Counted from the stretch's first letter, positions 1 through 11,136 are shown. The stretch is DNA of 64,000 bases from Chitinophagaceae bacterium (GCA_030053935.1 JASGCU010000002.1:9107-73106), one strand, 5' to 3'. Notes: generated from the letters alone by a model not told the origin. Translations and numbers: made by a program.

Positions 1-792
1 GATAGCTGATAATCCCAAGAGAGTAGATGCAACGGGAATGCCTGTTTTTTCGATAAAAGCTTTGAGTTCTTCTTGGGCGTTTGAAATAAGGACACCTTGT
101 CCTACTAAACAAAATGGTTTTTTAGCTGCGTTTATGATATTTGCGGCTTCTTCAATTTTAGAAATATTAATGAGAGGATAGGGGTGATAACTTCTAATTT
201 TACTTATTTTTTTATAAGAAAATGCAAGCATTCCGAATTGGGCATTTTTAGTAATGTCTATAACTACGGGACCGGGTCTTCCACTTTTTGCAATGTAAAA
301 AGCACGAGCTAAGGCATGTGGAATTTCAGATGGGATGGTTACTTGATAATTCCATTTTGTGACAGGCATAGAAATACCGATTACGTCTGTTTCTTGAAAG
401 GCATCTGTTCCTAATAGATGAGACGGAACTTGCCCTGTTATACATACTAATGGTGTAGAATCTATTTGAGCGTCAGCAATACCTGTTATGAGATTTGTTG
501 CACCTGGACCTGAGGTAGCAATGCAAACTCCGACTTTTCCACTTACTCTTGCATATCCTTGAGCCGCATGCACCGCTCCTTGTTCATGTCTGGTTAAATA
601 GTGTTTTATTTTATCTGTATATTGATAGAGTGCATCATAAATAGGCATTATAGCGCCTCCTGGATATCCAAAAATGACATCTATGTTTTCTTCTATGAAG
701 CATTTTAATACGGCTTCGCTCCCGCTTATTTTTTCCTCTGTGTTTTCCGCTTCTTTTATTTCTATTTCGAGTGTAGATGAATTTATATTCAT
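1..792 (-). CDS. ilvB: acetolactate synthase (AHAS) large subunit, N-terminal ~264 codons; gene runs off the window start
   Basis: Absent from the ORF track because no stop lies in-window. My minus-strand translation from ATG at 792 reads MNINSSTLEIEIKEAENTEEKISGSEAVLKCFIEENIDVIFGYPGGAIMPIYDALY...RHEQGAVHAAQGYARVSGKVGVCIATSGPGATNLITGIADAQIDSTPLVCITGQVPSHLLGTDAFQE, the canonical ThDP-enzyme/AHAS N-terminal domain. Confidence 0.85.
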   Translation of the reverse strand, partial: MNINSSTLEIEIKEAENTEEKISGSEAVLKCFIEENIDVIFGYPGGAIMPIYDALYQYTDKIKHYLTRHEQGAVHAAQGYARVSGKVGVCIATSGPGATNLITGIADAQIDSTPLVCITGQVPSHLLGTDAFQETDVIGISMPVTKWNYQVTIPSEIPHALARAFYIAKSGRPGPVVIDITKNAQFGMLAFSYKKISKIRSYHPYPLINISKIEEAANIINAAKKPFCLVGQGVLISNAQEELKAFIEKTGIPVASTLLGLSAI

Positions 793-1108
793 AATGAGAT
801 ATAATAATTTAAAATATGGATTAATTAAAATGTATGTATCTATTGAGTTACTTTTTTTAAGTCGGTTCTATAAAGGTGCGTCCTAAAATTGATTTTATTA
901 TTTTGAAATATACTCATTTATCTTAATAATATGGTACCACGTCGTAATTATTAATGCAAATGGGTATATAAAAAAATACTATAACCAACGATAAAATTAT
1001 ATACTTTAATGAGTACGGTGGGTAAAGATATAAAATATTGTTCTAAATAAAACAACTATTTAAGAACGTTACACTTACTAATCTCTTTTAACAATACTTT
1101 TAATAAAA

Positions 1109-1882
1109 TTATGCCGTTATTTCCAAAAGCACGGGGCAGTGGTCAGAATGTTTTGCATCTGGGAGGATAGTAACTTTTTGAATCTGTTCTTTCATATTTT
1201 CAGTTACAAAATGATAGTCAATTCTCCATCCTAAATTTTTCTCTCTAGAGTTTGCTCTAAAGCTCCACCAAGTATATTGGTGAGGAGAAGGGTTCAGAAC
1301 TCTCAGGGCATCTACAAAGCCAGTTGTAAGAAATTTTGTGAGCCATTCTCTTTCTTCGGGTAAAAATCCCGAAGAGTTTTTGTTAGATATGGGATTATGA
1401 ATATCTATTTCTTTATGGCAGATATTAAAATCCCCGCAGATAATAAGATTGGGATATTTTTTTTTGAAATCAGCAATATAACGAAAAAAGTCATCTAACC
1501 AAGCCATTTTAAAATCTTGTCTTATATCGCCTGTTGTTCCGGATGGAGCATACACGCTCATAAGGGTAAAATTATGAAAATGAGCAGTTATCACACGCCC
1601 TTCCTCATCCGATAATGGTATTTGACATCCATATACGATTTGTGTTGGTTTTATTTTTGATAGTATTGCGACCCCGCTGTATCCTTTTTTTTGAGCGGAG
1701 AAAGTATAAGAATCGTATCCCAATTCTTGAAAACTTTGTATATCTATTTGTTCTTTGAGAGCTTTTATTTCCTGGAGGCAAATTATATCGGGATTTATTT
1801 CTTTTATCCAATGAATAAGCCCTTTCTCCATTGCTGCCCGTATTCCATTCACATTATAGGTGATTATTGTAGTACTACTCAT
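1109..1882 (-). CDS. xth: exodeoxyribonuclease III (AP endonuclease, EEP fold)
   Basis: 257 aa. N-terminus TYNVNGIRAA...DIICLQEIK and C-terminus ...DAKHSDHCPV are typical of the ExoIII/Ape1 family. Confidence 0.9.
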   Translation of the reverse strand: MSSTTIITYNVNGIRAAMEKGLIHWIKEINPDIICLQEIKALKEQIDIQSFQELGYDSYTFSAQKKGYSGVAILSKIKPTQIVYGCQIPLSDEEGRVITAHFHNFTLMSVYAPSGTTGDIRQDFKMAWLDDFFRYIADFKKKYPNLIICGDFNICHKEIDIHNPISNKNSSGFLPEEREWLTKFLTTGFVDALRVLNPSPHQYTWWSFRANSREKNLGWRIDYHFVTENMKEQIQKVTILPDAKHSDHCPVLLEITA

Positions 1883-1927
1883 TTTATGTGTTTTTGTGAT
1901 ACCTGTATTATAATTGCTGTTGTTTTT

Positions 1928-2692
1928 TTATTTTGTTCCTTTTTTGTTTAATCTCCAGTCATAGTTTAAATAGGATATTTTCGTCTTATCATGTATTGTA
2001 TGGAAAGAATAGAGATTGAGAAACTGGTAAAGGGATCCTTTTCTTGTAAAGTCTTCAGCGAACCATTGAAATAATTCAGATATTTGTGCTTCTGTCTTGT
2101 TTATTTTATTTCTTTTCGGATCATTGATGAAAGAAACGGCTTGTTCTTGAAGTTGTGTCTCTAATGTAGCTGCGATAAATGCTTCATTACGAAGAGCAGG
2201 ACATGAATAAGAAGCACAGTTGATGGCAAAATGTATTCGGGGTTCTTGAAATTTTTTTCGGAGTATAGAATGTTCTATAAAATTGAGGGTAATTTCTTGA
2301 TTTCCTATTTTAATAGGAATATCCCATGCGGTGTTTATGAGAGGAATTTTTATAATACTACCAATATCTTTGATAGATTCTATGGGATAATAGTCCAATA
2401 CAATATCAAGAGTGATGGCATTATAGGCATTTATCCAGTATGCCAATTGTTCATTTTTTGACCAATGGGTATCGTTTGGCGGATTTTTTTGAATACTGTT
2501 TATATAGTTTTTCAATATATCCCTCTGTTTTTTCAATCCGTCATAATCTACCCATCCTTCTGTATCTACGTATTTTAGAAGGAGAGAGTTATATTGCTCG
2601 TGACTTATGGGTTTTGTATTTTCCTGTTGTGGAATTTGCTGAAAAGACCCACAGAGTTCAAAAAGAGCGAGTGCAAAAGTGTATATATTCAT
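1928..2692 (-). CDS. DUF547 domain protein with N-terminal signal-like segment
   Basis: 254 aa. WINAYNAITL...HFAINCASYSCPALRNEAF block matches DUF547 as I remember it; hydrophobic N-terminus. Confidence 0.65.
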   Translation of the reverse strand: MNIYTFALALFELCGSFQQIPQQENTKPISHEQYNSLLLKYVDTEGWVDYDGLKKQRDILKNYINSIQKNPPNDTHWSKNEQLAYWINAYNAITLDIVLDYYPIESIKDIGSIIKIPLINTAWDIPIKIGNQEITLNFIEHSILRKKFQEPRIHFAINCASYSCPALRNEAFIAATLETQLQEQAVSFINDPKRNKINKTEAQISELFQWFAEDFTRKGSLYQFLNLYSFHTIHDKTKISYLNYDWRLNKKGTK

Positions 2693-2734
2693 AAAAGTAA
2701 TGAGTAAGTAATTATTTGTTCATTGTAAAAGTAT

Positions 2735-4153
2735 TTATTCTTCCACTAATCCTGTTTCTGATATTCTGCTGGATTCTTGGTATTCGTAATCTGTATTTAT
2801 ATTCCAAAGGTTATGATTTTCATTTTTGAGTATATTTTCGGATGCTAATATTCCCATAAGAATGGAATGGTCCTGGTTATTATATTTAAAAGATCCGTAT
2901 CTTCCTATGAGTTGCAAGTTTGGAAGAGTGTTAAGATATTCTATTATAATATGTAAGTGTGGTTTATAATCATGAGAGTATACGGGATAACATTTAGGGA
3001 TATTATATTTTTTGAAATCGGTTATATCTTCTTGTTTCTGTATGAATCCACAATGTATAAGGTCTTTTGTGGCAATATGTAATAAATCATGTTCATTCAT
3101 TTTCCATATCTCATCTGATTCGAAGCACCAATATTCCATTGCGAGTATTGTTCCTTCACTCTTTTGAACGATTTCAGGAATCCAGTTATTAAAATTGGTT
3201 ATTCTTCCTGTTTTAATAGATTCATCTTGTATGTAAAGCCATTGGTCTTGGAATATGTTTTTTTGTTTTATTTTTACATACAAAATAATAGTATTTCTAA
3301 ATACTAATGATGTGGCTGCTTTTAGAACATTTTGAGGGGTATGTATATGTATTTTTAAAAAATCTGTTATGGGCATACTACTGATAAGGTGGTGAAATGT
3401 TTTTGTTTCACCGTTCTGAAAAGTTACTTGTATGTTTTGTTTGATGGATATTTGTGTTGCAAAAGTGTTTTTTAGAAATATTGATCCATTTTGAATAGAT
3501 TTTTCTACCATTTTAGTATAAGGATAACCACTTCCCCCGATGGGATAAGCAAATTCATCTACCAATGTTTTATGTTTTTTTTTTGATAGTTTAAATGCAG
3601 ATATAATTGCTTCGCCAAGAGAAAATTTTTTTATTCTCTGCTGTGCAAATTCTGCATTCAGCTCCGAGCAAGGTATACCCCACAATTTCTCAGTATAAGA
3701 TTTAAAAAAAATAGAATATAATTTTTTTCCGAACCTATTGCTTACCCATCCTTCAAAAGTATGAATTGCCGCATGAGGAAATATTCTCGCATATATATAA
3801 CTGATAACACATTGAATAGTAGTAAGTATTCCAAGTTTTAGGAGAGCATCAAAGGGCTTGAGAGGATAGTCAAAAAATTTATTTTTATAAAAAATTCTTG
3901 TCTTTCTGTTCACCATCTTATATTTTTTTTCCACTATTTCTAACCATAACTTATTCACTCGGGTATCAGTAGAAAAAAATCTATGTGGTCCCACATCTAC
4001 TATTTGTTCAAACAACTCAAAAGATTGTGCCATACCCCCTATAGCGGAGGATTTTTCTATAAGAGTTACTTCTATATTGATGTCTTTTGATAAAAGGTAT
4101 GCGGCAGTAGCACCCGCAGGACCAGCACCTATAACTAACACTTTACGTTTCAT
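2735..4153 (-). CDS. NAD(P)/FAD-dependent oxidoreductase (amine-oxidase / UDP-galactopyranose-mutase-like)
   Basis: Rossmann motif MKRKVLVIGAGPAGATAAY starts at the Met encoded at 4153. The ORF-track start at 4240 would add 29 atypical residues. Specific function not assignable. Confidence 0.6.
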   Translation of the reverse strand: MKRKVLVIGAGPAGATAAYLLSKDINIEVTLIEKSSAIGGMAQSFELFEQIVDVGPHRFFSTDTRVNKLWLEIVEKKYKMVNRKTRIFYKNKFFDYPLKPFDALLKLGILTTIQCVISYIYARIFPHAAIHTFEGWVSNRFGKKLYSIFFKSYTEKLWGIPCSELNAEFAQQRIKKFSLGEAIISAFKLSKKKHKTLVDEFAYPIGGSGYPYTKMVEKSIQNGSIFLKNTFATQISIKQNIQVTFQNGETKTFHHLISSMPITDFLKIHIHTPQNVLKAATSLVFRNTIILYVKIKQKNIFQDQWLYIQDESIKTGRITNFNNWIPEIVQKSEGTILAMEYWCFESDEIWKMNEHDLLHIATKDLIHCGFIQKQEDITDFKKYNIPKCYPVYSHDYKPHLHIIIEYLNTLPNLQLIGRYGSFKYNNQDHSILMGILASENILKNENHNLWNINTDYEYQESSRISETGLVEE

Positions 4154-4449
4154 TTCGGGGAAAATCATAATACGATATCTTTTTATTTTTTGAAAACTTG
4201 TTTTGGTAAATTGTAAAATAGTATTTTTTAGAAAATACAATAATTTAAAGATAAATATCTCTTTTTTTACTTTCGTTTTTCTTAAAATATAAAAATATAA
4301 TGGGATATGTATATCTTATTATTTTTTAATTAACCACCATTATAAAAGAGTGAGAAAAAACATACACCCATACGTGCAACTTTTCTCAATCTCCGATTGT
4401 CATTACATATAAATATATTTTTTTAACTTATTACATAAATAAAAAACCG

Positions 4450-6591
4450 ATGAAAATAAATAAAACACGGATGGGAAGAAAAATTTTGTTTTTGCTCTTC
4501 TATTATTCCATTTCTTTTTGTATTACTGCAAGAGAAAACAAAATAGAAAGCACTTTCTTAGTAGATAGCATAAAATTATTGATTCCGGAACCAGTTCATA
4601 GTAACCAAGCGGTTATTATATCCCAACTCATGGCAGATAATCATTATAGAAAAACCTCATTAGATGATTCCCTTTCCAAAAAAATTTTTGAAATGTATTT
4701 AGATAATTTGGATAACCAAAAAAGTTACTTCTTAGAGTCCGATGTTCATTTTTATCAAAGATTTCAGTTTGCATTTGATGATTATATAAAAACAGGCAAT
4801 TTAGACCTTCCCTTTGAAATGTTCCGTCTCTATCAACAAAGAGTATTAGAAAGAATAGAATATGTAAAAAAAGAACTGTTAGAAAAAGAACCTGATTTTA
4901 CCATACAAGAAAATGTTCCCTTAGACCGTTCAAAAGAAAATTGGGCTAAAACAAACTCCGAACTTGATGAAATATGGAGAAAAACTATTAAAAATCAAAT
5001 GTTAGGGATGAAATTAGAAGGCAAGGATTGGGCAGGCACAAAAAAAGTATTAGATGATAGATATTCTCGCATCAGAAAAAATATAACACAGTATAATAAC
5101 GAAGATGCTTTTCAAATATTTATGAACGCTTTCACAGAAAACTTTGACCCCCATAGTAACTATTTTTCTCCCGCAAACTCAGATAATTTTAACATGGCAC
5201 TCAATCAATCCTTAGAGGGTATAGGTGCCCGTCTTACACAACAAGCGGACCATACAGTCATTTATGAAATAGTAACCGGTGGCCCCGCTTATAAAAGCAA
5301 AATGATACACAAAGACGATAAAGTTATTGCTGTTGCACAAGGTGATACAGGAAAATTTATAGATGTAATAGGATGGCGTTTAGACGAAGTAGTGCAGCTT
5401 ATCCGCGGTCCTAAAGGCACTAAAGTTCGTCTCAAAACAATACCCGTATCTAATCCTACTACTACAACAGAAATAGAACTTATCCGAGAGAAAATTACCC
5501 TAGAAGACGAATCCGCAACAAAAAAAATAATACCCTACACAGAAAATAATACCCATTATAAAATAGGAGTGGTATCTATTCCTTCTTTTTATATTGATTT
5601 TGAAGATTATAGAAACGGTGTTCCCAATTATAAAAGTGTAACCAACGATGTAAAAAGAATTCTCACAGAATTAGAATCTGAAAAAGTAGATGGCATAGTC
5701 ATAGATCTACGATTCAACGGGGGAGGAGCTCTATTCGAAGCCGTCAATCTCACCGGTTTATTTATCCCCCAAGGACCTGTCGTTCAAGTAAAAGATAGCT
5801 ATGGGAACATAGACATAAATAAAGACAAGGATAATAAAGTATACTATGATGGACCTCTTTGCGTTCTCATAAACAGATTCAGTGCATCAGCAAGTGAGAT
5901 TTTTGCAGGTGCAATACAAGATTATAAAAGAGGAATAGTTTTGGGAGAAAATACATACGGAAAAGGAACAGTACAACAAATTATCGGATTAGAAGAATAT
6001 ATCCCCGAGGAAACAAAAAAACAAATAGCCCAAATGTCTCATATACAATTCAATAATAGAGTAAAATTTGGACAAATAAAACTCACCCTTTCTAAATTTT
6101 ATAGGGTAACCGGAAGTAGTACTCAACACAGGGGTGTAAAACCAGACATAGAATTTTTATCCCCTTATGACGCAGAGACAAATGGCGAAAGTGCTCAAAA
6201 AACAGCACTTCCATGGGATCAAATTCAAAGTACCACATTTACCCCTCAAAATAAATTAAACGGACAAATGATTCAAAAATTGCAAAAAATTTACGCATCA
6301 GATGAAAAAAAAGACCCTCTCTTCCAAGAATTAAAATATGATATAGATATATCAGAAAAAGAAAAAAATAAAAATTATCAATCTCTTCACTACGAAATTA
6401 GAAAACAAGAAAAAGATAAAATAAATAAAGAAAAACAAAACTTGAAAGACCTAACAAATTCTCTGAAAAAGAAAGAAACAAAAGAAGTCATCACCCCCGA
6501 AACAACAGAAAACCCTATAGAAAAAGATGCCTACCTCAAAGAAAGTGTAAAGCTTCTCTCTCTCTATCTCCAATGGATGAAAAAACAATAA
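4450..6591 (+). CDS. prc: tail-specific (C-terminal processing) protease, peptidase S41
   Basis: 713 aa with a signal peptide. S41 core LEGIGARL...IVIDLRFNGGGAL...SASASEIFAGAIQDY...GKGTVQ; Lys/Glu-rich C-terminal tail. Confidence 0.85.
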   Translation: MKINKTRMGRKILFLLFYYSISFCITARENKIESTFLVDSIKLLIPEPVHSNQAVIISQLMADNHYRKTSLDDSLSKKIFEMYLDNLDNQKSYFLESDVHFYQRFQFAFDDYIKTGNLDLPFEMFRLYQQRVLERIEYVKKELLEKEPDFTIQENVPLDRSKENWAKTNSELDEIWRKTIKNQMLGMKLEGKDWAGTKKVLDDRYSRIRKNITQYNNEDAFQIFMNAFTENFDPHSNYFSPANSDNFNMALNQSLEGIGARLTQQADHTVIYEIVTGGPAYKSKMIHKDDKVIAVAQGDTGKFIDVIGWRLDEVVQLIRGPKGTKVRLKTIPVSNPTTTTEIELIREKITLEDESATKKIIPYTENNTHYKIGVVSIPSFYIDFEDYRNGVPNYKSVTNDVKRILTELESEKVDGIVIDLRFNGGGALFEAVNLTGLFIPQGPVVQVKDSYGNIDINKDKDNKVYYDGPLCVLINRFSASASEIFAGAIQDYKRGIVLGENTYGKGTVQQIIGLEEYIPEETKKQIAQMSHIQFNNRVKFGQIKLTLSKFYRVTGSSTQHRGVKPDIEFLSPYDAETNGESAQKTALPWDQIQSTTFTPQNKLNGQMIQKLQKIYASDEKKDPLFQELKYDIDISEKEKNKNYQSLHYEIRKQEKDKINKEKQNLKDLTNSLKKKETKEVITPETTENPIEKDAYLKESVKLLSLYLQWMKKQ

Positions 6592-6619
6592 AATTAGTAA
6601 CTCATTGATATCATAGAAA

Positions 6620-7612
6620 TTAATCTTTACTCCATTTTACATAAGCGGCCCCCCATGTAAATCCTCCTCCAAAAGAAGCAAATATAAGATTATCACCTTT
6701 TTGCAAGTGTTTTTCGTAATCCCATAAACAAAGAGGTATAGTTCCGCTGGTTGTGTTCCCATATTTATAAATATTGAGCATTACTTTTTCCATCCCGATA
6801 CCCATTTTTTCTGCTGTTGCGTCTATAATTCTTTTATTTGCTTGATGAGGAACCAGCCATGCAATATCTGATGAGGAAAGGTTATTTTTTTGCATAATCC
6901 GAGATGCCACATCTGCCATATTATAAACAGCATGTTTAAAGACAGCCGTACCATCTTGGTATACAAAATGCTCTTTGTTATTTACTGTTTCCAAACTAGC
7001 GGGTCTTCTACTACCACCTGCTTTCATATGTAAATACTGTTCACCCGCACCATCGGAATGTAAAATAAAATCTTGTAATCCCGTCCCATCTGTCACGGGC
7101 TCTAATAACACTGCTCCGCCACCATCTCCAAAAATAATACAGGTTTTTCTATCTGTATAATCAATAATAGAAGACATTTTATCAACACCCACTACTATTA
7201 TTTTTTTATACCTCCCTGTTTCTATAAATTGAGATGCGGTAACAAAAGCATATAAAAAACCTGAGCATGCCGCTTGAATATCATAACTAAAAGCGTTTTT
7301 TAATCCCGTAGCATGAGATATGATATTAGCTGTAGCCGGAAAAAGCATATCAGGGGTTGTAGTTGCACATAAAAGAACATCTACTTCCAAAGGATTTGTA
7401 TTTGTCTTCTCTAATAAACCCTTTACTGCTTCTATTCCCATAACAGAACTTCCTTTATTCTCTCCTTTTAATATTCTTCTTTCTTGAATTCCCGTTCGGG
7501 ATACTATCCATTCATCCTTAGTATTTACTAAAGTTTCTAATTCAGAATTAGTAAGAATATAATCGGGAACGTATCCATTTATCCCTGTAATACCGGCATA
7601 GATTTTATTCAT
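6620..7612 (-). CDS. fabH: 3-oxoacyl-ACP synthase III
   Basis: 330 aa. Active-site context [12 protein letters not shown], ...[10 protein letters not shown]..., [10 protein letters not shown], typical FabH. Confidence 0.92.
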   Translation of the reverse strand: MNKIYAGITGINGYVPDYILTNSELETLVNTKDEWIVSRTGIQERRILKGENKGSSVMGIEAVKGLLEKTNTNPLEVDVLLCATTTPDMLFPATANIISHATGLKNAFSYDIQAACSGFLYAFVTASQFIETGRYKKIIVVGVDKMSSIIDYTDRKTCIIFGDGGGAVLLEPVTDGTGLQDFILHSDGAGEQYLHMKAGGSRRPASLETVNNKEHFVYQDGTAVFKHAVYNMADVASRIMQKNNLSSSDIAWLVPHQANKRIIDATAEKMGIGMEKVMLNIYKYGNTTSGTIPLCLWDYEKHLQKGDNLIFASFGGGFTWGAAYVKWSKD

Positions 7613-7642
7613 ATCTTTTTTTCTTTTTTTGAGAGAAAAAAT

Positions 7643-7831
7643 CTATGCTTTATTTTTGTCTATAACTACTTTCCCTTTATAATAAAGCTTATTGTCTTGC
7701 CAAAAAGCTCTGTGAGATAGATGGGCTGTTTTAGTAGTAGGACAAATAACAAACTGCATTTCTTTTGCTTTATAATGAGTCCTTCTTTTATCTCTTCTGG
7801 TACTAGAATGTCTTCGTTTAGGATTAGCCAT
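7643..7831 (-). CDS. rpmF: 50S ribosomal protein L32
   Basis: 62 aa. [22 protein letters not shown]-terminus is diagnostic of L32; sits in the yceD-rpmF-fabH context. Confidence 0.92.
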   Translation of the reverse strand: MANPKRRHSSTRRDKRRTHYKAKEMQFVICPTTKTAHLSHRAFWQDNKLYYKGKVVIDKNKA

Positions 7832-7864
7832 TGTATTGTTTTTTGAGTATGAGTGTATAATTTA

Positions 7865-8371
7865 TTAAGTATTTCCCATTGGGAATTTTATTTTTTCTTT
7901 AAAAGTATTTGTTGTATACACAAGCGTTACTTCTTCAGCGGAAGAATCTTCTTCTAATTTATAACGAGGGTGTATTTTTTTTAATGGAACAGCCAAGACC
8001 ATATAATAGTATATATATTGAGCAATATTAATTTTATAAGTACTATGTAAAATGGTAATAGAATCGTCTTCTAATTCTTTTTCTTCTTCACCAAAATATA
8101 TGAACATATATTCATTAATATCTATAGGATATAAAAATGATTCCAAACTTCTATCACAAGTAAATGGTAGGTTTCCTCTTATGAAAAAAGAAGATTTTAT
8201 GTAGTCATTTGTTTTATGAAGCACTACTTCTACACTTGCGTCTGCTTTATGAAGAATACCATTTTCAAAGTGCTCAAAAAAAGAGTTTTGTATGGTATAT
8301 GAAAAGGTATTATCTCCTCTATGGAGTTTTCTTATGTCAATATCAAAGGTGTTTAAAAAATGTAATTCCAC
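7865..8371 (-). CDS. DUF177 (YceD-like) protein
   Basis: 168 aa immediately upstream of rpmF, the conserved position of YceD/DUF177. Contains a ...FTCDRSLE... Cys-containing segment. Confidence 0.7.
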   Translation of the reverse strand: MELHFLNTFDIDIRKLHRGDNTFSYTIQNSFFEHFENGILHKADASVEVVLHKTNDYIKSSFFIRGNLPFTCDRSLESFLYPIDINEYMFIYFGEEEKELEDDSITILHSTYKINIAQYIYYYMVLAVPLKKIHPRYKLEEDSSAEEVTLVYTTNTFKEKIKFPMGNT

Positions 8372-8374
8372 TTA

Positions 8375-8890
8375 TTATTTTTGGTTTTTACTTTGAATGT
8401 ATATTCTTATTTTTTTGAATGCTATTATTATTTGATTTTCTACTGTTTTAATAGATATATTAAGTTCTTTTGCTACCAGTGCGTATGTCATATATTCTTC
8501 TCTACTCAAAAGAAATATTATTTTACATTTTGGTGGTAGTGTTTCTATGGCTTCTTGCACTATTTCGTATGTATTTTGTAATTCATTTTGCTTTAATATA
8601 TCGGATATATCTTCTGATATATTCATGTTTTCATATATTTTTTCTTTTTTTTGCTCTCGTTGAAATAGAAGCTTTAATTGGTTTATGGATCTGTTTCTGA
8701 CCGAAGTATAAAGATATGATTTTATAGAAATAGCTATATCTATTTTATTTCTTTTTTCCCACAGATTCACAAAAACTTCTTGCACCACATCTTCGGCTAG
8801 TTCTTCTTTTCTTACTATTTTAAGAGCATATCTACATAATGCGGGATAATACTCTTGAAATATATCTGAAAATTCTTTTTCTAGATCCAT
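8375..8890 (-). CDS. ECF-type RNA polymerase sigma-70 factor
   Basis: 171 aa. Region 2 AEDVVQEVFVNLWEKR and region 4 HTH YALVAKELNISIKTVENQIIIAFKKIR. No anti-sigma gene adjacent. Confidence 0.85.
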   Translation of the reverse strand: MDLEKEFSDIFQEYYPALCRYALKIVRKEELAEDVVQEVFVNLWEKRNKIDIAISIKSYLYTSVRNRSINQLKLLFQREQKKEKIYENMNISEDISDILKQNELQNTYEIVQEAIETLPPKCKIIFLLSREEYMTYALVAKELNISIKTVENQIIIAFKKIRIYIQSKNQK

Positions 8891-9643
8891 ATTATCTTTT
8901 GAAAGAAATAAGTAAAAAGCAAGTTATGTAGTTTTTTAAATTTGATCCCTCTCTGAAAACTCTTTTTTATATACCTATAAATTAAGATATGTTTGCCCTA
9001 AAAATGTATAATTTATTTATACTGTTTATTTTTGTTCTTAAAATTACTTCAAAATTAGTTTTAAATAAGAATAAAAAGCATTTTTTATAAATTTTTCTAA
9101 TCCGAGAATGGGTTTTTCAACTTTTTCGGCATTTCATGTTTTACTAATCTTTTATTATACATGCTCTTAGAGTTTGAATACCGGTAGGATAGTTAAAAAT
9201 TGTTGCTTCTACATTATTTTGTTTCTGTAAAATTTCGAATTGTGCTTTTTTGATTTCTTATCTTATCAAATAAATATTCTATTCTTATAATATATCCTAA
9301 TCCGAACACTTTTGTCTCTTATCTGAAAACAAATGAACAATTGCTCCTTAACAAGGATATATAAATATTAATGTTGCTCATTATAATACTCATTTTGCTA
9401 ATTGCCAATATAGAAAAATAAGCAACTATTTAGTATCTTATAAAAAAATTGTTATAAACAAAATAATAATTTAGTTATATTTTAGTATATTTGTAATAAA
9501 ATATTCAAAAAATGGAATTGCCTGAAAATATAGTGAGATAAAAAGCATTGAGCACTCACCTTTGTAGTAATAAAAAAATATTAAATCAAAACGAACGAGC
9601 GTATACTGCTCATTTTCATGTGAATAAAATAAATAAACACACA

Positions 9644-9985
9644 ATGATAATAAAAATTGGAAAAAATACTTTCTCAACCACACTCTATAAAAATGAAACA
9701 ACCAAAGCTCTCAAAGCACAGTTACCTCTCGTATTATATATGATAGAATTACATAGTAATGAAAAATATGCTCAGCTACCAACTCCCTTACCAACAAACA
9801 CAGAAGCAGTAAGAACTATTCACATAGGGGATATAATGCTATGGGAAACGAATACTCTGGTTATTTTCTATAAAACTTTTGAAACGACATACCAATATAC
9901 ACAAATCGGACATATTGATAATCCTCGTCATCTTGTTCAAGCACTCGGTAAGGGAAATGTAACGATATCCTTTTATGAAGAATAA
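9644..9985 (+). CDS. cyclophilin-like fold small protein
   Basis: Start moved to the in-frame ATG at 9644. MIIKIGKNTFSTTLYKNETTKALKAQLPL...NEKYAQLPTPLPTN...IHIGDIMLWETNTLVIFYKTF...GHIDN...LGKGNVTISF matches the cyclophilin-like family pattern from memory. Isolated between long spacers. Confidence 0.55.
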   Translation: MIIKIGKNTFSTTLYKNETTKALKAQLPLVLYMIELHSNEKYAQLPTPLPTNTEAVRTIHIGDIMLWETNTLVIFYKTFETTYQYTQIGHIDNPRHLVQALGKGNVTISFYEE

Positions 9986-10428
9986 AAAATACCAAAGAGA
10001 GTATTTATAAAAAAATAATCTGTTTTTTATTTTTTTATTCCATAAAAAACATCAAAAAATAAAATAAATAGTATGTGTTTCTATTCATAAATACATATTT
10101 TTGAAAACAAAAGTATTTTATCGCTTGTATGCTATTCCATTATCATACTATAAGTTAATTTTCAAAATTCAAATGGTAACCATACATCCATTATGATTGG
10201 TTTCCTCATTCTTATTTTATATGTATATAATAAAAACAAAAGGAACTCATAAAATACCCGATTGTGTGCAGATAAGAAATGATGATATGAGTATTCTTGT
10301 CTATTTTAGAGCGGATAGAATTATTGACAATTTAGGGAAGTATGGTTTTTCAGGGAAAGAAAAACAATTGAAAGAGATTATAGACACTATGCCTTTTGGC
10401 AAACTACAAAAACTTACTATTTAAAGAA

Positions 10429-11136
10429 ATGATTTTTTCAGATGCACCTGTTGTTTCAGTATCCCATGTAAATATCTATCAAAATGAAAAAAATATTTTG
10501 GAAGATGTTTCTTTTGAAATACAAAAAGGAGAATTTGTATATCTTATAGGGAGAACGGGATCGGGGAAAACTTCCCTTCTAAAAACATTATATGCGGACT
10601 TGCGTTTAAAAAGTGGCCAAGTAAAAGTAGCTGATTTTTCGCTTCATAACATAAAAAAGTCTCAAATACCTTTTTTACGAAGAAAAGTAGGGATAGTATT
10701 TCAAGATTTTCAACTTCTATACGATAGAACTGTTTCAGATAATCTTGTTTTCGTAATGAAAGCAAGCGGTTGGGAGGATACTCAAAAAATAAAACAGAGG
10801 GAGCAAGAAGTACTTCACGAAGTAGGATTAGGTAACGTAGGGAATAAATACCCACATCAACTTTCGGGAGGAGAACAACAAAGAGTAGTAATAGCAAGAG
10901 CTTTACTTAACGAACCATCTATACTTTTTGCAGACGAGCCGACAGGAAACTTAGATCCATACGTATCAGAATCCATCTTTAACCTTTTTATAGATATAAA
11001 TAATAGAGGAACTGCTATTTTTATGGCAACTCATAATTATCAGATTATTAAAAAATATGCTTTTAGAGTGCTTCAATGCGAAGGAAAAACATTGAAAGAT
11101 TCTCATAAAGAACCAATAGATATGTTTTTTTTTTAA
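10429..11136 (+). CDS. ftsE: ABC ATPase, FtsE-like (cell-division ABC transporter ATP-binding protein)
   Basis: Walker A GRTGSGKTSLLK, signature LSGGEQQRVVIARAL, Walker B ILFADEPTGNLD. Size about 235 aa; start chosen at the second Met (ORF-track start is 10396). No ftsX follows. Confidence 0.75.
   Translation: MIFSDAPVVSVSHVNIYQNEKNILEDVSFEIQKGEFVYLIGRTGSGKTSLLKTLYADLRLKSGQVKVADFSLHNIKKSQIPFLRRKVGIVFQDFQLLYDRTVSDNLVFVMKASGWEDTQKIKQREQEVLHEVGLGNVGNKYPHQLSGGEQQRVVIARALLNEPSILFADEPTGNLDPYVSESIFNLFIDINNRGTAIFMATHNYQIIKKYAFRVLQCEGKTLKDSHKEPIDMFFF

Noticed and set aside
674-886. 70-aa plus-strand ORF at the ilvB start region.
   Set aside because: Largely antisense to the ilvB N-terminus, low-complexity Ser/Phe-rich. 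Spurious.
793-1108. Possible ilv leader peptide or attenuator upstream of ilvB.
   Set aside because: I could not find a Val/Ile/Leu-rich mini-ORF or alternative hairpins on the minus strand. Unsupported.
10197-10424. 75-aa ORF upstream of ftsE, overlapping its ORF-track start.
   Set aside because: No recognisable domain and a non-canonical start. The internal Met version would be only 45 aa, which cannot be supported from sequence alone.
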